DNA of 64,000 nt, from contig NC_043004.1 of assembly GCF_006345805.1 (NCBI RefSeq), forward strand, positions 106,826,001 through 106,890,000, in the 5' to 3' direction. This stretch comes from Octopus sinensis. Lineage: Eukaryota. Below are positions 51,760 to 64,000 of the stretch, one piece after another. The translations under genes and the position numbers were made by a program. Every line of letters starts with the position of its first letter. Within the stretch, counting starts at the first letter, position 1. The notes beneath the pieces were generated by a model. The model was not told the DNA's origin, searched no databases, and was given only the letters and a program-made list of their open reading frames with translations.

Positions 51760-52780
51760 CCATCGTTTTACATCCGCTTTCCATGCTGGCATGGGTTGGA
51801 GGACACTTTCACTGAGGACTGATGAAACAGTGGCTGCACCAGGCTCATTCTGACCCAGCAAAGTTTCTACAGCTGGATGCCCTTCCTAATGCCAACCACT
51901 CCCAGAGTGTAGTGGGTGCTTTTACATGCCACTGGCACAAGGGCTAGTCAGACGGTTCTGGCAACAACCACACTCAAAAGGTGTTTTTACATGCTACATG
52001 CACTGGAGCCAGTCCGGCGGCACTGGCAACAACCACACTCGAATGTTGTTTTTCATGTGCCACCAGCACATGTGCTGGTAAAGTGACGCTGGCAACAATC
52101 ACGCTCGAATGGTGCTTTTCACATGTCACTGGCATGTGAGCCAATCCATGGCCCTGCCAACAATCATGCTCAGACGTGCTTCAAATGTTTCACTGGCACG
52201 AGTGCCAATCAGGCCATACTGTCATCAGCCACGTCAGTAATTTTGATTTGCTTACACTTGCCTCAATAGGTCTTCGCAAGCAAAGTACATTGTCCAATGA
52301 ATGAGGGGTACTCATAAGTGGGCCAGTTACACCCCACGTTTGGATGTGGTTTTAATGTTTCACTGGCATGGGTGCCAATCAGTTGGTACTGTCATCGTCC
52401 ACGTCAGCAATTTTGATTTTGATTTCACTTGCCTCAATAGGTCTTCACAAGCAAAGTTTATTGTCCAATGAAAGAGGGGTATTCATAAATGGGCTGGTAA
52501 CACCCACTGGCATAGGCCATGGGCTATGGTTTCACTTGGCTTGTTGGGTCTTCTCAAGCACAGCATATCTCCAAAGGTCCCAGTCATTAGTCATTGCCTC
52601 AGTAAGGCCCAACGTTCAAAGGTCGTGTTTCACCACCTCACCCCAGGTTTTCCTGGGTCTATCTCTTCCACAGGTTCCCTCAACTGCTAGGGTGTAACAC
52701 TTTTTCACACAGCTGTCCTCATTCATTCGCAACACATGACCATGCCAGCACAGTCGTCTCTCAGGCACACCACATCTGAC
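51760..52780 (-). mobile_element. RTE LINE 3' fragment (about 1 kb) with tandemly amplified 3'UTR subunits
   Basis: RRLCWHGHVLRMNEDSCVKKC...RDRPRKTW.EVVKHDL...LWRYAVLEK, then UTR repeats and a GAT tail. Confidence 0.88.
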
Positions 52781-53082
52781 GTCTGGCAACTGACTTGGTA
52801 GACACCCACAAAATTATTAACCATCATGCCAACAACCATCATGTGCGCCTTTTTTGAACTTATATAGTAATCCTTTCTATTATAGGCACAAGGCCTGAAA
52901 TTTGGGGAGGAGGATAGTCGATTACATCAACCCCAGTGCATAACTGGTATTTATTTAATCGACCTCAAAAGGATGGAAGGCAAAGTTGACCTCGGCAGAA
53001 TTTGAACTCAGAACGTAGCGACGGGCAAAATACCACTAAGCATTTTGTCCAGCATGCTAACAATTCTGCCAGCTTGCTGCCT

Positions 53083-53085
<3 letters not shown>

Positions 53086-53131
<46 letters not shown>

Positions 53132-53136
53132 TAATA

Positions 53137-53195
<59 letters not shown>

Positions 53196-53277
53196 AATAA
53201 TAATAATAAAAATAATAATAATAATATTAATAATGATGATGATGATGATGATGATAGTAATAATAATAATAATAATG
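53086..53277. repeat. Compound (AAT)n/(GAT)n microsatellite
   Basis: Direct reading. Confidence 0.95.
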
Positions 53278-53279
53278 AA

Positions 53280-53990
53280 GTTATTGTGCATAGTTCTCAG
53301 GTGCACTACAACTCATCAAAGGCGCATGTACACAGTACATAGAATTATGTACAAAAGTCAGGAAAAGTTATGTATATTGTGTATGAGTCATAATATACAA
53401 GTGTGCATGCGTATGGAGGTGGGGGTGGATATCAGGTGTAGTGTTGGCAAATTTCAGGAAGCATGGAAGTTTTAAAGGATGCAATGTCTGGGCAACTAAC
53501 AACTGATGCAGGTAGAGTTTGTTCCATGCTTTCAGTAACTCTGAGTGTGAAAAAATGTTTCTGAAAGTCATGGGAGCTGTGCTGTTTTCTGACTTTGTAT
53601 GCATGCCCACATGTGTTAGACACATGGAGCTCAAAAGGGTGCTCAAGGTGGTTGTTTGCATGATGGTTAATAATCTTGTGGGTGTTTATCAAGTCAGTTG
53701 CCAGACATCGGAGCCTCAATGTAGCTATGCCCAGGGAAGCATGGTGTTTAGATTTGAAAGAGTTCAGATCATAAGAAGAGGGAGAACAATGAGATAGAAG
53801 AGAGTTCCAAAGTCTGGCAGTTTAAGATAAAAAGCTATGATCACAGAAAGACTTCCTTATTTGTGGAAGCACAACAGCATTTGGATGACGAGGCCATGAC
53901 TTTCGAGTAAGGCAAGATGGCACAAAGTAATCTGGGACTAAGAGACAAAGATCATCAGGGCACTGCCTGTAGTAATAACAACAGAAAAAA
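53280..53990 (-). mobile_element. CR1-clade LINE 3' fragment
   Basis: LATDLINTHKIIN..TCGHAYKVRK..KHFFTLRVTE..LPASVVSCPDIASFK. Confidence 0.85.
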
Positions 53991-54265
53991 ACTGAGACCG
54001 GTGATGCCATGTCATGTGACAAGGGTTATTCTTTTATTCTTTATTCTCTTACTTGTTACAGTCACTTGACTACGGCCATGCTGGAGCACCACATTAAAGG
54101 ATTTTTAGTCAAAGAAATCAACCCCAGGCCTTATTCTTTGTAAGCCTAGTACTTATTCTATCAGTCTCTTTTGGTGAACCACTAATGTACAGAGACGTTA
54201 ACACACCAACATTAATTGTCAAGCTATGGTAGGTGGGGAGGACAAACACAAAGACACACACATAA

Positions 54266-54298
<33 letters not shown>

Positions 54299-54300
<2 letters not shown>

Positions 54301-54811
54301 ATAAATCCTCGAGTATAGTCTGCCCTTGAGTATAATACGCAGGGGATTTTTGTGGGGCTGTACCTCTGAAAAACCTAAACCTTGTGTATAATACGCACCC
54401 CTTGTCTAACCTGAGTCGTACATAATTAAGCCAGCAGCACCTTGTCGAACAAACACTTCCGCACTTGCGTAATACAATAATGGTGATGTTCTTAACTGTT
54501 ATATGGGAATGTTGATATGTTTGCAAATTGTTTTTGTTGCAGGTTATTCTGTGTTCTGAAGACTTTTATTTTAATATATGTTGCTTATTGCAAGTTATGG
54601 ATGATTATCTTATGACTTCATTGCTTTCAGGCTTAGCTTAAGCTTTTTCGTGCCCGGCATCACAAAATGCGTCTGAATAAACATTGCCAGACAGCAAATA
54701 GGGACTCGAACATTGCTTAGAAAATATCTCCCCTTTTTAACCTCGTATATAGTATGCACTAGGGATTTTGACCTTTAAATTTTGGGAAAAAAATGCAGAT
54801 TATACTTACAG
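54299..54811. mobile_element. pogo/Tigger-like MITE
   Basis: TA-CCATAAATCCTCGAGTAT..; closely similar to 63353-63873; 3' TIR partly deleted. Confidence 0.75.
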
Positions 54812-55075
54812 TATATATCATTGCCAGGCTCACTTTACTGGCTCCTGTGCCAGTGGAACGTAAAAAGCATCCACTACACTCTCAGAGTGGTTGGCATTAG
54901 GAAGGGTAGAAACTCTGTAGAAACTCTGCCAAACCAGATTGGAGCCTGGTGCAGCCGCTGTTTCTCCAGACCTCAGTCAAACTGTCCAACCCATGCCAGC
55001 ATGGAAAATGGATGTTAATCGATGATGATGATGATGATATATATGTATATACATACATATATGTATACATATATG

Positions 55076-55111
<36 letters not shown>

Positions 55112-55869
55112 TAGGTAAACAGTAAAAATAATTACAGACATGGACAAGAACATGAAACACCACAGAGACGACACAAGAACCACAGGACGGGACATTCGAA
55201 GCCCTCAGTCATCAGTCAAGAACCAGATCATCTTAGCAATTTCGGCTGATATATATATATATATATACACAAGGATTTTCTTTCAGTTTCTGTCTATTAA
55301 TTCTACTTAGAAGGCTTTGGTCGGCCTGAGGCTATAGTAAAAGACACTTGCCTAAGATGCAACACATTGGGACTGAACTCAGAACCATGTGGTTGTGGTT
55401 GGGAAGCAAGCTTCTTACCACACTGCCACACATACACCTGATTTTTATTTATTCTATTTTATTCTAGGCTCAAGGCCCAAAATTTTTGGGGAAGGGGCTT
55501 GTTGATTAGCTCAACTCTGATATGCAACTGGTACTTAATTTATCGACTCCGAAAGGATAAAAGGTAAACTTGACCTTGGCGGAACTTGAACTCAGAATGT
55601 AAAAACAGACGAAATACCACTAAGCATTCTGCCCAGTGTGTTAACGTTTCTGCCAGCTCACCGCAAATTTTTGATCACACGGCCACACCTGCACCTTTGC
55701 ATGATGATGAAACCAGAAGTAAAAATCTCCAACCATTTTATATTTATTTATTAACATCAAAATAGATGACCAGTGGGCCTCCAAATATGTAGAGGTCACT
55801 AAGAAATAGCCCAGTGAGGCCAAATCTTAGGTTCTTACAGATCATAAGGAGTATTACAATTTGACTTAC

Positions 55870-56103
55870 CATACATCTTGACATGTACATATCCTTTAGG
55901 AATGAATTCTTCAGGGAAGTTAGCAACATCCAACAGCTTAATTAGCTCATTAACGATATCATCATCTGGTAATGAAAACTTGAAATCTTTGGTCTGCTTC
56001 TGATCCTTGCTAGTTTCTGTTACTTTGCTCCAAAACATCCACAGTCTCTTCCAAATGGACATTCCTTTGGTCATGTAGATATTCTGGAGAAATTTCTCCA
56101 TTC
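55870..56103 (-). CDS. LLTP exon
   Basis: aaacag|(G)MEKFLQNIY...PKGYVHVKMY G|gtaagt; 234 nt, phase 1 to 1. Confidence 0.9.
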
Positions 56104-56125
56104 CTGTTTGTGTGAAGATATATAG

Positions 56126-56161
<36 letters not shown>

Positions 56162-56385
56162 GGAGAGAGAGACTGTATACAGACATATATACATACATAC
56201 ATACATGTGTACATACATACACACTCACAAACACACATATACACGCACATACATACATACACACACGTGTGTGTTTGTGTGTGCATGTCTGTGTGTATAT
56301 ATGTACGGGTGCATTATGCACATGTATATATGTATGTATATATGCACATGTATTAGTGTGTGTGTGTATGCGTGTGTACGCACGC

Positions 56386-56418
<33 letters not shown>

Positions 56419-56519
56419 AGTGAATGTGAAGACATAAGCGGTTATAATTAGTTACTGAATAAGAAGGAAAGAATGATTAGTAAATTAAATAAGAAGAGAA
56501 AATGAAATGTAGAGAGAGG

Positions 56520-56605
<86 letters not shown>

Positions 56606-57295
56606 CAGGAGAGACAGACGGATAGAAAGGGAGCAGAGTTCATGAATTTTGCACATCTTCTCAGACGAGTGAGATTGTTGGTACCGATTCCCAGTCTGGA
56701 GCATTTGACAGTCTTGAAGAGTGGCAAAAAGAGCCAGCGACGACTTTCAAGTGCTTCCAGCATGACATTCAGCAGCAAAGGCATCCAAGGACCTGGTGAT
56801 GGTGTTAGCCTGTGGGATATTGAGACATTTTGTTTTTTGCTTGTTTCAGTCATTAGACTGCAGCCACCATGCTGGGGTATGGCCTTAGAAGGTTTTAGTT
56901 GAATAAATTGACCTCAGTACTTACTCTACTGGTCTGTCTTACCAAACCGCTAAATTGCGGGAACATAAACAAACCAACACCAGTTATCAAGCAGTGGAAG
57001 TGGGGGAGTGCGGGCAAACACAAACACAAGACACACTACTTTCCGTGCCAGTGGCACATAAAAAAGCACCAACAGATCGTGGCCATTACCAGCCTCCTCT
57101 GGCCCCTGTACCGGTGGCACGTAAAAAGCAGCCACTACATTCACGGAGTGGTTGGCATTAGGAAGGGCATCCAGCTGTAGAAACACTGCCAGATCAGACT
57201 GGAGCCTGGTGCAGCCTCCTGGCTTCCCAGACCCCAGTCGAACCATCCAAACCATGCTAGCATGGAAAATGGATGTTAAACGATGATGATGATGA

Positions 57296-57346
<51 letters not shown>

Positions 57347-58832
57347 TACATATACACATATATGTTGAAATCTTTCAACATCAATGGAAATTGTAGCTGA
57401 GATACCAGTGCCGGTGGCACGTAAGAGAACCATCTGAACGTGGCCGTTGCCAGCGCCGCCCCAACTGGCCTCCGTGCCAGTGGCATGTAAAAAGCACCAT
57501 CCGATTGTGGCCGTTGCCAGCCTCATCTGGCACCTGTGCAGGTGGCACATAAAAAGCACCCACTACACTCTCAGAGTGGTTGGCGTTAGGAAGGGCATCC
57601 AACTGTAGAAACACTGCCAGATCAGACTGGACCTGGCGCAGCCTCCTGGCTTCCCAGACCCCAGTTGAATCGTCCAACCCATGCTAGCATGGAAAACGGA
57701 CGTTAAACGATGATGATGATGATGATGATATATATATAAATATATATATTTATATATATATAAATATATGTGTGTGTGAATGCTGAACAAGGAGAATGAG
57801 TGCTCAACACTACATTGGTGGATAGAATTTCTTTTTTCGTCTATTAAGGTTATCATTGGTTTCATGTTAAGAAAAATATCTTAATATCTTAAAGATTCTT
57901 CAAGCAAATCACATGGAGCAATGGTGTTTGCCTTAGCATAGCAACTCTAATAACTTGATATTACATAAACTTCAGAAGGCAGAACAAAGCATCAATCAAG
58001 TTCACAGCAATGCATTGCATTTTAAAGCAGAAACAACTGTAAGCTACTGAAGTTCATGACATATTTTCCAATTTTTTTGTCCTTTTAATTCAGTTGGTTG
58101 GTGCTAGAAAGGGCATCCGGCAGTAAAAACCCTGCCAAAACAGACACTGAAGCCTAGTACCCTCGCCATTACCTGTCAAACTGTCCAGCCCATGCCAGCA
58201 TGAAAAACAGATGTTAAAGGACGATGATGATATATATATATATATTTTAGCATTTTCAAATTTATAATTCTCGAAATATTATGCTGATGAATGAAATAAA
58301 TTTGTATAATTCTAATCCAGAAACACGTCCATAATTAATCGTAGACTGTTTGATTTCATTATTTTTTCTTCTTTTTGCCTATGTGAGTTGCAAATATTGT
58401 TGTCTGTGGAGTCATATTTGTAGTTAAAAGAATTAGCTCTTTTTGGCTGCTATTTCTAAATTTTCGGAATGTGGTGAAGCAACTTGTTGCTAAACCCTTA
58501 ATTATATTTATAATTATATAAAAAAAAACTTTTTGTACAAGTTTTTACCAATAATTGTATTTTTCTATACCGAAAATACTTGGTAAAATTTATTAATTTA
58601 TTAATATTAATTATTAAACTAATAATTCTTTACCCTAAAATTTGTGAAGCATGACTGTCAACACTACTACATGAACCCGAAGATTGCAGAATTCAATGCA
58701 TGAAAGTACTAGTTCAATCAGAATGAATATTTAACATTCTACTATTTCATTTTATTTTATTCAATTATAATATATTATCTTATAAGATTGTAAATAAAAC
58801 GTGAAAATCAGACAAGGTTGGAATTCCTTTTA

Positions 58833-58871
<39 letters not shown>

Positions 58872-59219
58872 CAGGATTCCTCATAGTTTTCATCTACCAA
58901 ATTCACTCCCAACCAATTAGTTGACCTAGGGCTATTGTAGAAAACACTTGCCCAAGGTGTCACTCAGGGGGACTAAATGTGAAACCAAGTGATTGCAAAG
59001 CAAGCTTCATGATCCATACCAGGTCAATAGATTTACTAACCAGTTGTTAAGAAAATATACAAATGCCTGTGTTTCATAATGGTTAACCACTAAACTGTGA
59101 TATCAGAGTGAAACTGTTTTGTTCATCAGTTCGATTGTTCTTTGTATAATTGCATGATCCAATGACCACAGAGATACAATATTTAAGTTCCTTTAAAAAA
59201 GACTAGGAGCAATGGATAA

Positions 59220-59293
<74 letters not shown>

Positions 59294-59478
59294 GGATAGA
59301 CAGATAGACAGACTGATATAGAGTGAAAGAAAGAAAGACCAAGAGATTGTCTGGAGTAGAGAAAATGAGGTTAAAATAGTGAAAATAATGAAGCAGGGAG
59401 AAATATATATATATATATATATTGATTTGGGGAATAATGAATCTCAATAATGTGTGTGTGTGTATTTATATATGTATG

Positions 59479-59556
<78 letters not shown>

Positions 59557-59733
59557 CATATATATATATAAATATATTTATTTATATATATTATTCAAAA
59601 TACTTCATGTAAACCCAAAGTTTCTACCTTTAAAAACAAGGAGTTACAACCTTTTTACTTGTGTGATTTTTTGCTACCCTGGTAACTATCTATTCTTTCC
59701 ATGTTAATTGTTAACAAGGGAAAAATTCACACA

Positions 59734-59776
<43 letters not shown>

Positions 59777-60225
59777 GGAATTTACAAAAAAACAAAAGAC
59801 AAAGACTGGTGTGTAAACAACAAGCAGGTGTATCAGTTTAATACTAGGGAAGGTGAGAAAGTCTTTTATGTTTCGAGCCTATGCTCTTCAACAGAAAGGA
59901 ACATGAGAAATTAAACAGAGAGAGAATAAAAAGAAAAGCTTTAGTAGCTAGTGGTCAATCATGGTGATGGCTGGACTGAGGTGGTCAGACAGAAGAGCTA
60001 GGAAGAAGGGGAAATAATAAAGTAGTGGTGGTCTCAAAACGAAGGTGTGCATGCATGTGAGAGTGTGTGTGTGGAACGGGACTGGTGACCTTGACGTGTG
60101 GATGTGTGCATGTATGGATGATGGTGTGGGTGCTGGGAAGCGATCAGTGCTAGTGTGTGTGGGTGGTGTGATGTGGTGTGGTGTGATATATATATATATA
60201 TAAAGACAGATACCAATCAACTGAC

Positions 60226-60485
60226 CTTCGAGCTCAAAATTAATTTCAATTATTTCTAAGTTGTTCTGTCCGTAGTGTCCTTTTGTACTTATTATCAGAT
60301 TTCTGGGCATCAGACTCTCAGGGTCATAAACAACACGTGCTTCAAGCTGTCCACCAAATGGATACTGCAGCATGGGTAAGGTAAACGTCTTTGAATAGGA
60401 AATATATTTTGAACCTTCCATACTTAGATAGTCTTGGAAATTAAAATTACCATCTTTCATTTCCTCTTTCCAAATCTGTTGACGC
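60226..60485 (-). CDS. LLTP exon, start of DUF1943-like beta-sheet region
   Basis: tttgcag|G RQQIWKEEMKDG...YDPESLMPRNLIISTKGHYGQNNLEIIEINFELE G|gtcagt; 260 nt, phase 2 to 1. Confidence 0.92.
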
Positions 60486-61512
60486 CTGCAAAGATAAATA
60501 TTGTGGAATATATTCTTAGAGAGTTGAAGGTGCAAATAATGTCATCAATCCAAGTCCCTACAAGTTGGGAACCACTTGTTCTCATTACTAGAATATTGCA
60601 GATGGACTTCCATACCCCACCCATTAGAGCAGTGTGTTTATATTCTCATAACTTAGCAGTTCAGCAAAAGAGACCGATAGAATAAGTACTAGGCTTGCAA
60701 AGAATAAGTCCTGGGGTTGATTTGCTAGACTAAAGGCAGTGCTCCAGCATGGCCACAGTCAAATGACTGAAACAAGTAAAAAAATATGTAGAGAAAGAAT
60801 AGTTCAAACAAGCTGTGATTTACGTGTATAATCTATAATCTATAATCTATAACACTGCTTAAAACTTCAGACTTATTTCATTCCTCTGCCAGTTCACTTC
60901 AATCAGTTGAGTCATGATGTGTGTAGTGCTTTTCAGTTGTTTCATCGCTCCATATCTGAATTGCATGTTTTATTTTTCTTTTCAGAGGCATTTTGATCCC
61001 ATCATGAATAAAAAAGAGAGAGAATACAGAATATCATCCTTATAGTTCTGAAAACAGCATTTTTCAGGAAAAAAAATTGAAATCTACTTCCCATGAAAGA
61101 AAAGTTCAGTGAAAAGGATTAAACAATGAGAAATTTTGATTGTGATTGGAAGTGGACAAAAAAAAAAAAATGCAAATAAAGTCAATTGTAAATGGTGTAA
61201 TTGTAAAATAGTTGGTTAAACTTTTTGATACTATATCTCTGCTGAAATGCATTGTAATTGCTTCAGTTAATTTTAAAATTAATGAAGAATTTAATGAAAT
61301 AATTTTGTTGTTATTAAGCTTGTGTTTACCACATAAATTAACATAAAATTATGATGGATGACTTTAATTTAGATTGCTTTAAAATAAGAAATTTGCATCA
61401 TTAGAACTAGGGGTGGTCTCAGGTGAATTGGTATCAAAAAGATTAAGCCAAATAGAAAGACAGGAAGGGATAGAAAGGAACAGAAAAGTAGTTCTTTTGA
61501 TGTTTGCCTATA

Positions 61513-61718
61513 CAAGATGGGCTGAAAAGCTCCTGGTTTTCAGTAAATGAAAATACTGGGAGATCAGTTAATTATGATTTTGTTCAACATATTCCCCTTT
61601 CAGATTCACTCACTTATTGCAATGGTCCTTCAGTTTTTGTAAGAACTTGAAAGGTTGGGTCTCCAACCAGGGCCTTTCATGATACCCTTAAAGCCAGGAA
61701 CTTTTCAGTACCCTCTTG
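61513..61718. mobile_element. mariner-type MITE
   Basis: TIRs caagatgggctgaaaagctcctgg / ccaggaacttttcagtaccctcttg, TA TSD; abuts a CR1 3' tail (61720-61900). Confidence 0.78.
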
Positions 61719-63352
61719 TACATCAAGGGACACTACACCCTTCAAAACTTCCATGCTCCCCCAAATTTGCTAACACTACCCCTCCCCCCACTTTTTTTTA
61801 ATGACTCATTCATTGTCCACTTTCTGTGTACAGTTCAGGCAGTTTGGGCTCCTTTTTCTGATGAGTTGTAGTGCACCTGAGCACTGTATACCATAAGTCC
61901 GATAATACTATTAAACCTGGTACAGAGAATAGAGAAGGAAAAAAAATCATTGCTTTGTTAATTAAAGCTATCAGGGAAAATTAATACATTTTCTTTTTTT
62001 TTTAAGTAATTATGACACTTCGGGTGGATGAAATTGGATTTAGGACGTTGTTGTGTATTTTCATACATTTTGACAAATTTTTGATACTTTTATAAAAAAA
62101 AAAAAAAAACTCTTAGCAATTTTGAAGTGACCTTCCAGTAACTCATAGTTGATGAGTTGACCTGGACAACAACAGATTCAGAAATCCATGAAGATAACAT
62201 ATTAGGATGGCCCAGATGAAATCCAGAGATGTGATTTGATATTCATAATACAGTAACTCTCAATCTTTATTTGGCTCAGTTGTAAAATCAGGAGTGGTAA
62301 ATAAATTAGAGACGTCATAAAATGGAGAGGGATTTACCCTTTAGCATTTAAATCTGCCATATCTGGTCAAAACATTCTGCATAATTTATGTTCAAATTGG
62401 ACAGATCTGGCCTCTCACACCTACCCTATAATGTCATTCTAAAAAAAATAAATAATCACATCATTGAAACCTTGAAGCACAATTAATTCAAAACTTCATA
62501 AATAAATAAGCATTGCATTTCACAGAGCAATCTGAATGCTAACAAGTTAAGGGAATTTATAAACAGATGATTTCATATTGATTTCAAATTTTGGCACAAG
62601 GTCAGTGTGTTCAGGAGAGGAGTTAAGTCAGTTAAATCAACTCCAGTACTCGACTAGTGCTTATTTTATCAACCTTGAAAGGATGAAAGGTGAAGTCAAC
62701 TTCAGTGGCATTTGAACTCAAAATGTAAAGACAGACAAAATGTCACTAAGCATTTTGGCCGACATACCAATGATTCTACCAGCTCACTGCCTTTAGATGA
62801 TTAAATAATGATAAAAATAGTGAGCAAGAAAATTGATGACTGAAAATCAATTAGATGAGGAGATAATGACCTGTTGAGGTGTTACCTGGGTCAATAAAGC
62901 AGAATGAGAAGAAAGGTATAGAAAAAGAACATAGATATCAAATCTTTAGCATTTGAACTGGCCATATTTGGCCCAAATATTCTACCTCTTCTTGTTCAAA
63001 CTAGCCAGGTCTGGCCTCTCAAGTGAACAAGGAATGAGTCATTTAAAAAAAGTAGGGGGCGGATGTCAGGTGCAGTGTTAGAAAATTTGGAGTAGCATGG
63101 AAGTTTTGAAGGATGTAGTGTCCTTTGATGTACAAGGGGGTGCTGAAAAGTTCCTGGCTTTAAGGGTATCGTGCAAGGCTCTGGTTGGAGATCCAACCTT
63201 TCAAGTTCTTTTACAAGGCTTACAAAATCTGATAGACCATTGCAATAAGTGTGTAAATCTACAGTGTCCCTTCTAAAAATATACAGTCATATCATCAATA
63301 TTTCGAAGCTATGAGATAATGTATGATCAATTCAAAACAATGTGAATAAATA

Positions 63353-63873
63353 CCGTAAATCCTCGAGTATAGTCCACTCTTGAGTATAATACGCAGGGGA
63401 TTTTTAGGAGGCTGTACCTCTGAAAAACCTAAACCTTGTGTATAATACGCACTCCTTCTCTAACTTGAGTCAAGGAGGTCTGTATAACGTCCTTGGTTTG
63501 TAAAACTGTATACGGTAACGTCCTTTATTATTATTGTATATTTAACATAATGCAAACGTGTAGCTTTTTTGTGCATTTTGTTTGCGGAAAATAAAGAAAT
63601 AACAGTAATAATAGTAATAACATTTAGTAAATGTTGCTTACTGCAAGTTATGGATGATTCTTTTATGACTTCATTGCTTTCAGGCTTAGCTTAAGGTATT
63701 TTCATGCCTGGCATCACAAAATGTGTCTGAATAAACATTGCCAGACAGCAAATAGAGACTCGGACATTGCTTAGAAAATAATTTTCTTTTTTAACCTCGT
63801 ATATAGTACGCACTAGGGATTTTGACCTTTAAATTTTGGGGAAAAAATGCGCATTATGCTTGAGAATTTATGG
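63353..63873. mobile_element. pogo/Tigger-like MITE nested in piggyBac-like MITE (62941-63917)
   Basis: TIRs ccgtaaatcctcgagtat / atgcttgagaatttatgg, TA TSD; host MITE resumes after it. Confidence 0.8.
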
Positions 63874-63923
63874 TAAGTGTTGCATTTGACAGAATAATCT
63901 GAATGCTAAAGGGTTAAACTTAC

Positions 63924-64000
63924 TTCTCTAATTTCTTATCTTCAGACTGCAGGATACCTTTAATGTAGGTTTGCATGAAAACTTTCATTTCCTGTATCCT
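63924..64000 (-). CDS. LLTP exon (5'-truncated by window), end of alpha-helical domain
   Basis: RIQEMKVFMQTYIKGILQSEDKKLE + AA|gtaagt; resembles LLT 'E..QV.SFV.SHL.N' helix; AA+G=Lys joins next exon. Confidence 0.85.

Noticed and set aside
51880-52210. CRISPR-like spaced repeats (gtggcacgtaaaaagcacc, about 60-nt period; also 17460, 32790, 57420)
   Set aside because: Inside an RTE LINE 3'UTR in a eukaryote; spacers resemble each other; no cas genes
55170-55235. CTGATGA on minus strand (similar motif near 45510-45550)
   Set aside because: Followed by GAAT rather than GAAA and no sound stem II
61857-61900. CTGATGAG motif
   Set aside because: Part of the CR1 3' tail (compare 53297-53325); no GAAA or stem III
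62120-62230. Possible RT remnant SWISESVVVQVNSSTMSYWKVTS
   Set aside because: Too short and diverged to assign by eye

Overview
AT-rich, microsatellite- and SINE-dense eukaryotic genomic DNA; the repeat families look like those of Octopus (inference). The whole window lies inside one minus-strand gene for a large lipid transfer protein (vitellogenin/apolipophorin family). I reconstructed 23 GT-AG exons by hand (one tentative, one junction ambiguous) that splice into one open frame of about 1,436 codons. It runs from the end of the LLT alpha-helical domain (64000), through the DUF1943-like beta region, an RKKR site and a Pro-rich linker, into the C-terminal VWD domain (position 1); both gene ends are outside the window. 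The introns carry tRNA-derived SINEs, RTE, CR1, R4/Dong-like and Tx1-like LINE fragments, mariner, pogo-like, hAT, piggyBac-like and Chapaev-like DNA elements. Most notable extras: minimal hammerhead-ribozyme motifs (one near-intact on the host sense strand about 110 nt before a splice acceptor), five long fold-back hairpins, an apparently locally templated inverted insertion, and all four head/tail combinations of two SINE modules. I found no evidence for a wholly new biological system. Repeat boundaries are approximate.
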